Assembly: GCF_009914755.1 (NCBI RefSeq)
Contig: NC_060927.1
DNA: 64,000 nucleotides
Direction: 5' to 3' (one strand)
DNA from: the human T2T-CHM13v2.0 reference genome, Homo sapiens
This document shows, piece by piece, positions 17,556 to 32,541 of the stretch. The translations under genes were made by a program, and so were the position numbers. Within the stretch, counting starts at the first letter, position 1, and each line of letters begins with the position of its first letter. The notes under the pieces are model-generated. The model was not told where the DNA came from and searched no databases. It was given only the letters and a program-made list of their open reading frames with translations.

Positions 17556-19679
17556 CAAATGGTTATTACTTTTTAAATTCTTGGATTTCAGTGAAGACAT
17601 ATGATAGAGTACAGATCTATTTCTAGCAAAAGTGCTGCTCCCCCAAACATGTGTTCACAGCAATCCATTTTATAATTGCTCATTTTATATCAATTTCTGA
17701 GAGGAGTCTGTTGCTTTGTTTATTCAAAGTGAAGAAGACCGGACAAAAGGCAAAATTTTTGTTTTCGCATGCATGTTTTGTCATTGTTTAGACAAAATCA
17801 TAATCTCAGTGTATTTTTTTCTTGGGCTGCTTTGTTTCTACTAGAAATTTGTAGGCAAAACAAAAATTTTCCAGCAAGTCTCTACTTTCTGCTCCTGCCT
17901 AAAAGCCAATGAGGCCCTAAGGGTTTAGCATCTCAGCACACCAGTGTTCTTTGTGATTTTTTTAGATACTGTATTCTGCGATTAATCAGATCTTTGCACT
18001 AATCTATGTTATACATGGAACACAGCACACAGCAGGACGGACGGTGTATATATTGTATCTATTCTAAAGGATCAAGACTAAACAATGAAGATTATGAGTA
18101 CTAAAGGCATGCTTTTATCACCTCATAGATGAAATGGATAAACTTAAATATTTAGAATATTGAAATGGATTTCTTAGTGGTAGGAAAATGTGTGTGAATG
18201 TGTTTATGTGTACTTGACAATTTCACAGATCTAATCTGCATTTTAAGTTCAGGTTCTCAGTTGTCTTCTAACCTGAGACCACTGATATTAGATTCCTATT
18301 TTTAATCTTTCTTTGCCTTATTTTTGCATCAAAATACTTTTTAGTTTATTATTTGCCTAATATAAGTTTGAACACCCGATTATGTAGAAGAAGAGAAATG
18401 TTTCTGCTTATTGGTGAATGACACTTCAGATTTATGCCCTAAAAGAATGTCAGCTCTAAGATATATGAGAATATACATGTCTTTAATGGTATAAACATAT
18501 TGTTGAAAGGCTATAGCAATCTTCACTCTGTAACCACTTGTAATTATTGTTATTGGATGAGATGTGTGGAATGTGATGTTTCAGGGAAATCATATTTAAA
18601 ATTGAATTAGTAAGAAGTAGGATTTTGGTCTTATGAAGAAAAAACTGTTGTCATGGCTCAACAACTCAGAGTGAGTGTAATAAATCCTACTTTAAAAGAA
18701 GACAAGTTGCAAATTATCCTTCCATCCAGGGACCTGGATTTTTTTTTAATGATAGGTTATCATGAATGAACAGTACTTGGGGGCATGCTATTCCATTGTG
18801 TTGAGTCATTTTTTTGGATGACAAAGTCCAATGGCCATGAACAAAACTTGGCAGAGTTGAAACCCAAGAAGAGCCAAAATTATAAATAGCTTATAGGCTG
18901 AATTATAGAATTCCGAATGACCAGACAGAACCTTGACGTTCAGTTTAATTCAACAAACATATATCAAGGTTTCTATCATGGCCAGGCAGTGTACCAAGAC
19001 GAGTAAGACATGGTTCTTGTTCTCTAGGAGCATACAATCTAGCTAGAGAGATACCTAGATAAGCAGAAAGTAAATATAATACATGCAGTAATAGAAACAT
19101 ACAAAATAAATTGAAATAACAGATAATAAAATCCTAGTAAGAAAATACTTTTCTATTAGGTGGTTTAGAGCAAAGGAGATCTTGTGGTATTATCTTGCCT
19201 TGAGTAAATTTGTGATCGCTTCTAAATTTATTTCAACTGAACCTCATTAAAGTAAATTATTTTTATTTTTTTCTGCCATAGTTCTTCAGACAAAATGCCT
19301 TGCTATAGGGAAGACATTTTTTTTCCACCACACCAGTTCACACATATCCAACTCTCCCTCCAACATTTAAGTATCTCATACATTATTACAGTTACAATGG
19401 ATATTTCTGATCCATATTCAGGTAGCATAAATGCTGGCATGCAAGTAATTTTTGTGAAAGTAGCATAAGCCTAAAGTGTTTAACTCTTATTTCTCTGCAG
19501 TGATAATACTGATGAATGCTATTGTGTAGAATGTGTATATGTCCTGTGAATGGGACAGAAGATTATAGGGTTATCAAGGCCATGCAACTTGTGCCTTTCA
19601 GTGGAAATGGGCCATCCTCTGTCTTTTCCCTTCGCCAAAGGTACTTTTATCCTGTGGAAGTATGTGCCTGAAAATGCCT

Positions 19680-21953
19680 TGTATTAGTCCATTTTCATGC
19701 TGCTGATGAAGACATACCTGAGACTAGGGAAAAAAATGGTTTAATTGGACTTACAGTTCCACATGGCTGGGGAGGCCTCAGAATCATGGCAGGAAGTGAA
19801 AGGCACTTCTGACATGGCGGTGGCAAGAGAAAAATGAGGAAGAAGCAAAAGCAGAAACCACTGATAAACCCATCAGATCTTGTGAGATTTATTGACTATC
19901 ACCAGAATAGCACGAGAAACACCAACCCTGTCATTCATTTACCTCCCCCTGGGTCCCTCCCCCTGGGTTACTCCCACAACACGTGGGAATTCTGGGAAAT
20001 ACAATTCAAGTTGAGGTTTCAATGGAAACACAGCCAAACCATATCATTCTGCCCCTGGCCCCTCCAAATCTCATGTCCTCACATTTCAAAACCAATCATG
20101 CCTTCCCAACAGTCCCCCAAAGTCTTAACTCATTTTAGCATTAACCCAAAAGTCCACAGTCCAAATGTTCATCTGGGACAAGGCCATTCCCTTCCTGCTA
20201 TGAGCTTGTAAAATCAAAAGCCAGCTAGTTACTTGCTAGGTGCAATGGGAGCACAGGTATCGGGTAAATACAGCCACTCCAAATGGAAGAAATTAGCCCA
20301 AACAAAGGGGCTACAAGGACCATGCAAGTCCAAAATCTAGCAGGGCAATCAAATGTTAAAGCTCCAAAACGATCTCCTGTGACTCTAGGTCATGCTGATG
20401 GAAGCGGTGGATTCCCATGGTCTTGCACAGCTACACCCCTGTGGTTTTGCAGGATACTGCCTCCCTCCCAGCTGCTTTCACTGGCTGGCGTTGAGTGTCT
20501 GTGGCTTTTCCAGGCTCAGAGTGCAAGCTGTCAGTGAATCTACCATTCTGGGGTCTGCAGGACAATGGCCCTCTTCTCACAGCTGCACTAGACAGTGCCC
20601 CAGTAGAGACTATGTGTGGGGGCTCTGACCCCACATTTCCCTTCTGCACTGCCCTAGCAGAGGTTCTCCATTAGGGCCCCACCAGGTGTTTCCATACATC
20701 TGAAATCTAGGCAGAAGTTCCCAAACCTCAGTTCTTGCCTTCTGTGCACATGCAGTCTCAACACCATGTGGAAGGTGCCAAGGCTTGGGGCTTCCACCCT
20801 CTGAAGCCACAGCCCAAGCTGTACATTGGCCCCTTTCAGCATGGCTGGAGCAGCTGGAACACAGGGCACTGAGTCCGTAGGCTGCACACAGCACAGGAGC
20901 CCTGGGCCCTGCCCACGAAACCACTTTTCCCTCCTGGGCCTCCGGGCCTGTGATGTGAGGGTCTTCTGTGAAGGTCTCTGACATGGCTTGGAGATATTTT
21001 CACCATGGTCTTGGGGATTAACATATCATGTCACCAAATGCTATGGACTCCTGCTACTTATGCAAATTTCTGCAGCCAGCTTGAATTTCTCCCCAGAAAA
21101 TGGGTTTTTCTTTTCTATCGCATAGTCAGGCTGCACATTTTCCAAACTTTTATGCTCCACTTTCCTTATAAAACTGAATGCCTTTAACAGCACCCAAGTC
21201 ACCTCTTGAATGCTTTGCTGCTTAGAAAGTTCTTCTGCCAGATACCCTAAATCATCTCTCTCAAGTTCAAAGTTCCACAAATCTCTAAGGCAGGGGCAAA
21301 ATGCCTCCTGTCTCTTTGCTAAAACATAACAAGAGTCACCTTCACTCCAGTTCTCAGCAAGTTTCTCATCTCCATCTGAGACCCCCTCATCCTGGACCTT
21401 ATTGTCCATATCATTATCAGCATTTTGGGTAAAGCCATTCAACACGTCTCTAGGAAGTTTAAAACTTTCACACATTTTCCTGTCTTCTTCTGAGCCCTCC
21501 AAACTGTTCATTCCAACCTCTGCCTGTTACCCAGTTCCAAAGTCGCTTCCACATTTTTGGGTATCTTTTCAGCAATGCCCCACTCTACTGGTACCAATTT
21601 ACTGTATTACTCCATTTTCATGCTGCTGATAAAGACATACCCAAGACTGGGAGGAAAAATAAATTTAATTAGACTTACAGTTCCACATGGCTGGGGAGGC
21701 CTCAGAATCATGGCAGGAGGCAAAAGGCACTTCTTACCTGGTGGCAGCAAGAGAAAATGAGGAAGAAGCAAAAGCAGAAACCCCTGATAAGCCCATCAGA
21801 TCTGTGAGACTTATTCACTATCTTAAGAATAGCACAGGAAAGAACAGCCCCCATGATTCAATTACCTCCCCCTGGTCCCTCTCACAACATGGGGAATTCT
21901 GGGAGATACAATTCAAGTTGAGATTTCAATGGGGACATGGCCAAAGCATATCA
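19680..21953 (-). mobile_element. THE1A-like ERVL-MaLR element with two LTRs (19680-20046, 21603-21953) and internal region
   Basis: Two related TG...CA LTRs ('tgtattagtccattttcatgctgctgat'...'atatca'), ~1.55-kb internal region, 5-bp TSD tgcct at 19675-19679 and 21954-21958. Confidence 0.93.
21041..21511 (-). pseudogene. Remnant of MaLR internal ORF
   Basis: NSLEGSEEDRKM...RDLWNFELERDDLGYLAEE...SKQQSIQEVTWVLLKAFSF is the typical THE1-int translation. Confidence 0.75.
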
Positions 21954-22140
21954 TGCCTATTTTGGTGCTTTTTGTCTGTATGCTTATAAATAGATATTTT
22001 ATTCCTAGCTTTCAAAGTATTATAAAATTAACACTCAACTCTCTATTTTCAAATTGTATGTAGCACAGTTTTGTTTACTGCTAGAGTTCAGTTAGTTGGT
22101 GGTATATCATCTGGACTGAATCTTCCAGGACTTTCCAGTC

Positions 22141-22516
22141 ATACTATGCAGCCATAAAAAATGATGAGTTCATGTCCTTTGTAGGGACATGGATGAAATT
22201 GGAAACCATCATTCTCAGTAAACTATCGCAAGAAGAAAAAACCAAACACCGCATATTCTCACTCATAGGTGGGAATTGAACAATGAGATCACATGGACAC
22301 AGGAAGGGGAATATCACACTCTGGGGACTGTGGTGGGGAGGGGGGAGGGGGGAGGGATAGCATTGGGAGATATACCTAATGCTAGATGATGAGTTAGTGG
22401 GTGCAGCGCACCAGCATGGCACATGTATACATATGTAACTAACCTGCACAATGTGCACATGTACCCTAAAACTTAAAGTATAATTAAAAAAAAAAAAGAA
22501 AAAGACAAAAAAAAAA
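22141..22516 (+). mobile_element. L1PA2-like 3' fragment (end of ORF2, 3'UTR, A tail)
   Basis: 'cattgggagatatacctaatgctagatgatgagttagtgggtgcagcgcacc' young non-Ta diagnostics; no TSD found. Confidence 0.9.
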
Positions 22517-25500
22517 TCTAGAAGGTCATGGGAAAACAACACAAAAAACAGCAACAAAAAAAATTATTCTAAGGGAAGTGATTGACACACAAGCTTGGCA
22601 CAATTTCACTGTCTCTTTGTGAAAGGAGATGGGTGATAGTGGGTAGAGAATGCTTCTTATCAATTGAATTTCTGTCCTCACCAGGTCTTCATGACATCAT
22701 GGTTGTTATGAGCCTAGAGAATGATGGGTGCTGAAGGATTACATAAAAATAAGACGAAAAGACCTCTTATTTTTCTCTCCCTAAGCTCTGTAAATCATTA
22801 GGGAACAAGGCAGCATGTCTTTGATCTCTGTAAGTAAAAAGTAACCAGAATCTCCTGTGTTTCTCATGTATGGAATATATCAAGGGGCCAGAAGTACATC
22901 GAAGGCTCCAGTGCAACTTTTTCACTTCACGGGGTCCCCATATTGACAGTTCTGAGGCAATGGGACTTCAACAAAAATGGGACCTTTGCAAGCATCCAAA
23001 GCCTTGAGACTAAATGAAGGGTAAGAGAAATTATGTGAGAGAAATGTATGCCTCTCAGAAATGTCTGAAAGGCTCTGAAGAAGGCTAGATATCACAGTGA
23101 CTTTGCATATGTATGTGTTAATGGGACCCTACTTTTAACCTCAGATTGATATTGCATGGTGACATAGCTCATTAGCAATCATCATTCTTCTCACTTTATA
23201 TCATAAGTACTAAATATTTTAATAATGACTTCATAATCTCTATCAAGTTGGGGAGGCAAAATGTGAGCCTACTCAGTAGTTTGTCATCACTAAAGAAAAA
23301 GACTAGCACATAGTATTTATACTGTGGTGTATGAGTGTGCATCAGTGTAAACTTTGAAAATGGCAGGACAATATTGCTAATCGATGAAAAATGGACTACA
23401 TTTCTTATAGCTGCTCCTTATAAATATGCGTAGGTATATGAATTTGTAGACTAAGATGATCAACCTGTCATCTTTTATGCCACTTTCATTAATGTTTGAC
23501 CCACTTATAAAAAAATGAAAATCAGACAATAAGGAGTTACACAATTTTAATAAGAACAAAACACTGCCTGAATTTATCTTCAAGCATCACAACTGAAATT
23601 GGAACTTTCCAGATCACTTTAAATTAAATTGATTAATAATACATCATGTTAAAATGAATTTTTCATGGTTTGGGAGCTAATGTTCTCAATTATTTAGCAA
23701 TGCAAAGTGTAGGAAACCCACACACAAACAGCATGCAGGAGCTGATCCGTGAACTTTCCCTTAAAACAAGATGATAAATGGCCTATTTTTCTATCATACT
23801 AAAGCAATATGTTATTTTTTTCCATTCTGAAAACACTTGCTCTCCAGGAAAACAAATCAGGACATGTTCTGTGGTTTTAAAAAATAATAATAAAATAAAA
23901 TAAAATAAAAATTATTTAAAGTACTTTTAAAAAATCTTGGCCCTGAATGTCTATAATAGAAGAACATGTAAATTAACTAACAAATTCCTTTGGCATGTTA
24001 GTTTTGTGTCTTTTGAGTCATATTTTCACAGTCTTTTCAATTCCATCTTCCATTTTAAGTGGAAAGCCAAGTTAAATATGAAGTAGCTTTGAAAGGATTA
24101 TTTGCTTCTATGCCTTTATTTAACATTAAAACTGTGTGTGTGTGGGGGGGAAATAATTTACATCAGAAGACACTAAAAATAAAACCGTACATAATTTACA
24201 TTTTGACCATTATATTCTTTGTAATTAAAAATTACTTTAAAGAGCTTAAGTAGTTAATGTGATAAATTAGTGGATTTTTTTCTTGACAATTTTGCTATGC
24301 TCACTTTTGCCCATGTTTTGAGAATCAGAGTAGCACTAAGATGTTTATCTCTTTAATCAAGTATTTTAATGTACCGATTTATAGGAGAGATGATGACCAC
24401 AAGACACAAGGTCACAGAGCTTTAGACGAAGTGATTTGACAGGCTCTCTAGACTAAGTCACCTGAAGATGCTGCTAATATCTCTCTCATCATCTGCGCCG
24501 TCAACTTTCTTTCTTGCCTCTCTTCAGTTTGCTTTGATGGGAATCTCTTCTTCGTGATAATGTAGAGTTCGAGTTATCAGTTTCTACAGAGTTTTATGAG
24601 CTATAGTATTAAACTTTATATTATGCAGTGTTTAAAAGATCACCACATTATTGAAAGAAAAGTTTCTCAAAGCCACTGAAGATAGCATTAATGTTATAAG
24701 CATGTTATTAAAAGGCTAGTTGTTAAAGTAGAATCTATCCTGCTGTGCTGGCTATTCAGTTATCATGGCATCCTTAGCATAAATACTGAACACCTTTTAA
24801 AGATGTGTTCCTTTACGTGGTTATTGTAGATGGTAAAATCAAATGACTGGAGGAAAAAAGCTCATGTTATCTGGAATGGGTGTAGGCTGACCACACAGCA
24901 TGCTATAAGATATTGCCATAGAAATAACCTAACTCAGTGTACTCATTTTGCATATAAGACAACTCTGACTTAAAAGAGTTTAGATGTCTTGCCACAGGCC
25001 ATCTTGTTAGCTGAAAAGCCAGGCACAGAACAAGATTCAGTGACTGCTTTCACAGTGTCCATTCTAGGACATCATGTTATCATTCTTTTACTGCCTAGTT
25101 ATATGCAGGTACTTAGAACAAGATAAATGAACAAACAACAAATCAAATATGACCAGGGTTTACTCTGCTAGTTACAGAGTTAAAAGGAGAATGAACATCT
25201 TTTATTCCGGTCCATTATGCTTTCTCCTTCATAAGGAGTTTAGCTAGTTAAAATATTGAGGAAAAAATAAAGTTAGCCTAAATGGCATGAAAAAAAGGAG
25301 GGGTTTATTCAAATAATTGGGGAAAGAATAGTTATAGTCTGAACTTCCTAAATGGTAAGCTTGTAATACAAGTTGAAAGGACAGGGAATAGGCAATAGAA
25401 TTTCCAAATAAAAGACAAAAATCAAAATTCATATTGAACCATCTCTGCAAAACCAAACTATTACATTAAGAAAGATAATTAGGTGAAAAAAAAATCAAGT

Positions 25501-25612
25501 TATTTTAAATTTTATAGTTGATTCTTGTCTAATCACTTTGAAACAGAAAATAATTTTCTGCAAGGATGTGTTCTCTACCACATACCAAAATGATCTTCAA
25601 ACTGTTGAAGTA

Positions 25613-25694
25613 TTAGGTTGATGCAAAAGTAACTGTGTTTTTTGCCATTACTTTCAATGGCAAAAACCACAATAACTTTTGCACCAACCTTTAA
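25613..25694. mobile_element. MADE1 (Hsmar1-derived MITE, palindromic)
   Basis: ttaggttgatgcaaaagtaactgtg...ccacaataacttttgcaccaacc hairpin flanked by TA dinucleotides. Confidence 0.93.
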
Positions 25695-25917
25695 TAAAAT
25701 GAGAACAAGTCCTGAACAGTCTCCTGAGGAGATAAAGCCAGTTAAGCTATGAAAGTAACCTTAACTTTGCTTAAATTGTAAACAGGCAAAACTTAACTTG
25801 ACCTATTTCTTATAAATGCCTATATTAAAGAAAAAAACAAACTTAAGCTCAAGCAGAAGCAGCCTACAAATTTATAATTATATAACTAGGGACTTGCCAA
25901 TGGGATATACCAAATAA

Positions 25918-26255
<338 letters not shown>

Positions 26256-27901
26256 CAAACAAATATTTTCTTTGCTTTTGTTCTGTGTTGGCCCAATAAA
26301 AGTCTCCTTGTGGTGATCCCTTGTTGGAACTCCCGACCTACTTCTGGTTCAGAGCTATTTGCTCAAATAAACGCTTAAAAATTTTATGTTTCAACCTGCC
26401 TTTTTTTTTTTTTTAACAAAACCAAACTCAGTTTTCTAAAAATGATGAAAATTTTCAAATAAAAAATAATCACGTGTACTCTTTACAGTCACATTTGGTT
26501 GAAAATATACTCAAAGACCTTATAATCAGTTCTGTCAATTGTTAACTGAGTTAGTTTGCAGGTCATGTTAGTTACCTAGTTTACTGGTGAAAAAAAATTA
26601 GTAAACTAGAATTAATTCAATTATTTCTTGTGTGCAGTGTAACTGTTCATGCAGTACAATCTTCTTTTTGTTTATGGGAATTAAGAATGTCTTACTAAAA
26701 TACCATTGCAACCACATTTTTAATCATGGTTTTACAAACTCTTGTATATAAAGATTAGTGTACCATCCATTTCTTTTTTTAAATTCTCCAACCCCATGTA
26801 TTTTGTTTTTTAAATTTCACTGACAGCAGGTAAACAGTGGGTTAAGGAGTAAACACAGATAAATCACCATAAAATGGAAAAATACGTGTCAAAAATTATG
26901 TCATCAAATGCCACGGTGCGAGTTATTTGTGTTACTTCTGGGTTTAATTCAAAACTGTGAACAACATTGCCATTAAACATGTGTTTTGGGGAAGAAAATG
27001 AGAGTCCAGAAAACATAAAAGGTGAATAGTAACCACAGAATGCTGTGTCTGGACTCACTTTTCAGCATAGGCGTAAGCTGTGTAATTGTACACATGTAAA
27101 TTAGATAACATTTTTATTCAAAGTGATACAAATACCAATGGAAATGGGTTACAAACATCTTTTTTTTTTTTAAATTTAACCTGGGCTCCAGTGAAAGCAG
27201 GTGAAGGTGATTTGTTTTATCACCTGAACTACTTTTTTATTCAGGGCAATCAAGATCTTCTAAATGAACTACCTGTATATCTTTCTTTTTTCCTCCACAG
27301 AGGAAGCTGTAAAAACTAGATCACCCTGTGTTGCAGTGATAAGAACTTATTTTCTCTGTCTATTGAGGAAAGAGATGTACATTGTCGTGTTTTTTTCATG
27401 AAGGTAGGAAACATGATGTTCTTAAGGTCAAATGCATCAGGGCGATTTAGCCTCATATTTTATTAATAGTAATGGGAATCATGTAGCTGAATCCTGGCAA
27501 ATTGGACTGAATAGCTATTTCCAATGTTATATGATTATATTCATAATAAGTGTTCATTTGATATTCAATGTGAAGCAACTAACTCTAATGGGTTTTTGTT
27601 TTAGTAATAGTGATATATCAGTAGGTGGAAAGGCCATTCCATTTGGAATAAAAAATACACCGTAATCAGTGTTTAAGTTAACTTTTCTCTAGGGTTTTAC
27701 CTGTAATTCTCTGGACTATATGCAGTTCTTCTTTTAGCGTATTATTCATCATATCACAGGTAATATGATAATTGCTTAAGATACTGCTTTTCTGAAGCTC
27801 TCATTATTTTATTTGGAGGCAATAACTATAAATGATTCTATACTGTATCACCCACTTATTATTTGGCCTTTTGACAAATCCTTGAATATTATCATTACAC
27901 T

Positions 27902-28033
27902 ATTTTCTATTTTTGTAGAGATGTGGTCTCCCTATCTTTCCCAGGCTGATCTTGAACTCCTAGGCTCAAGCAATCTTCTCATCTCAACCTCCCAAAGTGC
28001 TGGGATTACAGTCATGAGCCACTGAACCTGACC
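27902..28033 (-). mobile_element. FLAM_C (free left Alu monomer)
   Basis: Single monomer; TSD cattacact at 27893-27901 and 28034-28042. Confidence 0.85.
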
Positions 28034-29163
28034 CATTACACTGTTAAGAATACAGTCTTTATCAGTTTTGCTTGTGTTGGTCATAAAAGGCCTAACTACA
28101 GAAGTTAAGGTCTAACCTGATGTGTTTAAATGATGACGTGTTAAAATTGACGGCATTGATCTACTTCTGTGTAAGATGTTAGTCTAAAAAGTTGAGAGTA
28201 GAACCTAAGATATAAGCAACGTTTTTGATTAAACACACATTTAAGACAAGAATTAGTACCAAAGAGCTCTATGTTCATTAATAAGTAAACTAATACAGAT
28301 ATATACATACATGCACATATAATTTTATATAGATCCCTTTTTGTTGCTATCTGCCATTTTATATAAATATGAAAACATCAATATTTTATAGTAATAAGCC
28401 ATAAACACTGTATAGTTCAAGCAATTGTATTTTTCCCTAAGAGATTCCAACTATTTTTAAATTAAACATTTCTCTCCAGTGGAATTTTACATTTTCTCTA
28501 ACAGTATTAACAATTCTAACTGATAGAAGCTATTTTATTTTTCAAAAATTTGAATTGGAAGTATTTTGTGTCTCCACAGAAAGTTGTCATTCCAATCCAT
28601 GTGCTTAAATATATAAAAGCTGTCACTGATGAGCAAAGGGTTTTCCACATGTATAAGAAGAAGTGAACTGACAAGAAATAGTTTGTATTCAGCCCTGGAG
28701 ATGGTCAAGAAATTCATGCTGATATTTAATAGGACTTATCAGCAGGAAATCAATGAGATTTTAGGGGTATAGCTAGTTTCACAATAATGCTAGGTCAAAA
28801 CATCTGTTAAATTGTTGAACCTCTTTCAACTGGGGGAATAAATATTAAATTTAATAAAATGCTGTAACAAATCAAACATCTATTTTAGCTCTACACATAT
28901 TTTGGGATGTATTTATAGCTGGTTGTAACAATACATGAAAATTTCCTACCATGGATTCAACAACCAGCAATATTTGGGTAGATAGCAGTCTCTATTCTGT
29001 GGTGCATTTTGTACTCATTCAACTGCAATTGCTGAAAACAATAGCCGAAAAAAGGTTCAACATGCCTATTGAAATCGTTAATTATTTTTAAAATAAGATT
29101 CAAACATTTTTTCCAACAATAATATTTTTTGATTATTCATTTCTTCTATTAAGAGTGTGTGTA

Positions 29164-29482
<319 letters not shown>

Positions 29483-30539
29483 TTATTCTCAAAATAAAAT
29501 AATAATGTGGGATTGGGACAGGCACTAATAGCCCTGAAAGAAATTTTTGGCATGGTTTTGCCACGAAAGTCACATTTAGTCCCCAATTTTTACATTTGGC
29601 TGTGTATAAAACTACTGTGATCCTTTTATGCTTTCTTTTTGTCTTCTCTTTCTGCCAGTTGTTTACATTCCTATACCCAATTCTTGCTTCCTGACATGCA
29701 TGTATTGAGTACCCAGTAATATTGAACTGTAAATTGTAGGTTCTTAGTAACTTCCTTTGCCAAACTGGGCAAATAAGCAGGCCCACCTGACCCTGTAGAG
29801 CAACAGAGGCTAATCATTCCACTTCGGTGTGATGAAGGCATTTATGTAAATGCCTGGTGACATTATAACCTAATATGTATAATAATGGGATAGAAATGAA
29901 AGAAATATATATTCAAAACAGGACCTTTTTATAAGCTTACTTTTCATTTTCTTCAGTGGTCCCCACTGCCCACTCTAGTCTCTCCCAAATGTATAATTTT
30001 ATGATACTTTCTTATCAAGAGGTTGTATGTCTGGGCTCCAGACCCTTGTTTAGTAAGGTTCAGATCTGAATCTGGACTTAGATTTAACTTGATAAGATAA
30101 CTGAAGGAAAATGTGGATAAATTTAACTATTTCTACTTGAACAGGTGGGCCTGGGCCTAATGGAGGTTGCTAGAGTTCTATATTAGGCAGTGAATCAACT
30201 TCTCAACAAAGATTAAAAACTACTTGCGTGTTTGATCTGTATTAACCTCTCAGGTCACTGGGGCGCCATTTAGTAAATTGCATCGTCTTTTTGGAAATGG
30301 GATCATGGCTATAAAAGAGTTGTTTCGTCTAACTTAGAAAATAAATTTACTTTCATGCATTAATCTGGGCATCAGAAACATGGCTGAAATTCTTAATAGC
30401 AAGGTGTTGATGTACTTTATGTAAAAATGACTATTTTTCTCTTCAAGCACTTTGATACTGCAAAATTCTTTTAAAAATAAAATAGAAGTAAATAAGATGT
30501 AAATAAGTAGAAAACACAAAGTTCACAAAGTTAGTCCAC

Positions 30540-31620
30540 TCATCCATAAAATCTTATTTCGAAGGAGAAATGGGTGATAAATTAAGGGGTCATGGTAAAG
30601 AAAAAGGTGAGATTTCTTTGTAACCCAAAGACACTAGGAAAATTATCTGTTTTACTAAAGATGCATGATGAAAAGGGGAGGATAAACTCGGTAGGATACC
30701 TAAAGATGTAGGCGGAGGTAAGAGTCTTGCCCATATAGGAGAGGAGTTTGTCCTTTGAAAGGGGCCCATCAGTCCCACTGAAACAGGAGGGACAGTGAAA
30801 GGCATGATGGCAAGTGCAGGTGAGTTTATAGGTTTGACTACAGAGTAAAGGGTTAGGTTCTTCTATTTTCTCAGTAAAAGCTTAAGGTCAGGCAAGTTAA
30901 GATGAACAGGAAGAGGATGAAATAGAGGATCTCCCTGGAGAACAGAAGAGAGAGCAGATAAGGAAGACACAGAACTGCTGAGAAGCGCTCCATAACTAGC
31001 TCAGGTGGAAGACCCTTAAGCTGTAGTGACACAACAAAACCAAACATAAACAGAACATTTACGTTTTCCTCCAGGGGCACTCAGGAGCCAGGATGTTCTT
31101 TGTCAAAGGCAGACAGTTGACATTACCTGAGTAATGGAATAGCAAGACAACAGGGAAAGAGAAAACTGAGGCTGTCTACATGAGAATAGCTGAGTAGATG
31201 GATAGAAAAGAGGTAGAGGCAAAAGTGTGACAATATTGAGAACAGATGTAAATGAACCTGATGTAACCCATCAGGTTAGAAAATAGGAAAGCAGGGAGCA
31301 ACCAAGAGAAATTGGAAAATGGGATTTGATCACCAGATGATTAAATGTTTGTATTCAGAATTTTATAACCTGAGAATTTCTGGGTGCTTGCAAGGTATAA
31401 TCTTAGGGAGTTGGAGGGAGGAGGTTAAAGCAAGTGAAGATAAAGGTAAAAGTCCACCGGATGACAGGTCAAAGAATTGAGAACTGGAGTTCATGGATAG
31501 TCATCCATGGGGATTTTGAAATGTCTAAAATGATGGCAAGACTTGAGATAAAAACGATCATTGTGAGCCAGGTATTAATGTGTCCAGCTAATAAAGGGTA
31601 AATGGATATGGGTAGATAAG
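30540..31620 (-). mobile_element. Old L2 LINE fragments (purine-rich)
   Basis: L2 antisense-like motifs, e.g. 'ggtataatcttagggagttggag', 'gtcatccatggggattttgaaatgtctaaaatgatgg'; highly diverged. Confidence 0.45.
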
Positions 31621-32094
31621 GAGCTCCATCTGACCCTGTCCAGCAGTAGAGCCTACTCAATCCACTTTGGTGTGATGAAGACAACTGGAAAAGGGGACTT
31701 TGGCTTGAGGTCCATGGGCCTCCAAAACGTCGATGAATCAAGTTCACATGGTTGTGATCTTGGATGAAAAAAGATTACATTTCTATTTTCACTATCTTTA
31801 ATATTTAGCACTTCTTTTACTTATGAATATAAGTGATAAGCCACAGTGCTTAGCAATATGTGTCTTTGTCACCAATAGAAGTCATGAAAATTTTCATATT
31901 ACCTTAACAATATGTAAAAATATTATTCAATACTTATACATTTAAATTATGCAATGATTTGAACAACTGACATTCACACTTATCAATATTTTTAAAGTGT
32001 ATGTTATTAGGCTTGCTAATATTGAAAGTGTTATTAACAATGTTTATACATCATTTCATTATTTATTAGTATTCCTACAATTGTATTTAGTATA

Positions 32095-32541
32095 TTACAA
32101 ATATTCTGTGAAATAAGCCAGATACAGAAAGACAAATGCTGCCTGATCTCACTTATATGTGGAATCTAAAAAATGGATAAACACATAGAAGCAGAGAGTA
32201 GAAGGGTTGCTGCCAGGAGCTGGGGGCAGGGAGAAATGGGAAGTGTTGGTCAAAGGGTACACAGTTTCAGTTATGCAAAATAAATAAGATCTGAAGAGAT
32301 ACTTTATAGGGCCTATTAGCAACACTGTGTTATATAGTTAAAAATTTGCTAAGAGGTTAGATCGTATATTAAGTGCTTTTACCAGAAAAGTTAAAAAAGT
32401 AGGGGAGTAATGGGAGGACATCTTTGGAGTTGATGGATACAGTTATGCGTCGAAAGTGATGATACTATGATAGTTTCATGATGTATATTTATCTCCAAAC
32501 ACATCAAGTTGTATCATTAAATATCCACAGCTTTTTTATTG
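32095..32541 (+). mobile_element. L1MB/L1MA-type 3' end
   Basis: 'gtgaaataagccagatacagaaagacaaatgctgcctgatctcacttatatgtggaatctaaaaaa', 'aaaatttgctaagagg', terminal aataaag. Confidence 0.8.

Noticed and set aside
19834-21989. Cluster of overlapping short ORFs
   Set aside because: Arise from the GC-richer THE1 LTR and internal sequence; only the MaLR ORF remnant is recognisable
26480-27700. Possible conserved non-coding element or hidden exon
   Set aside because: Looks repeat-free, but I found no convincing ORF or splice pair, and conservation cannot be judged from one sequence
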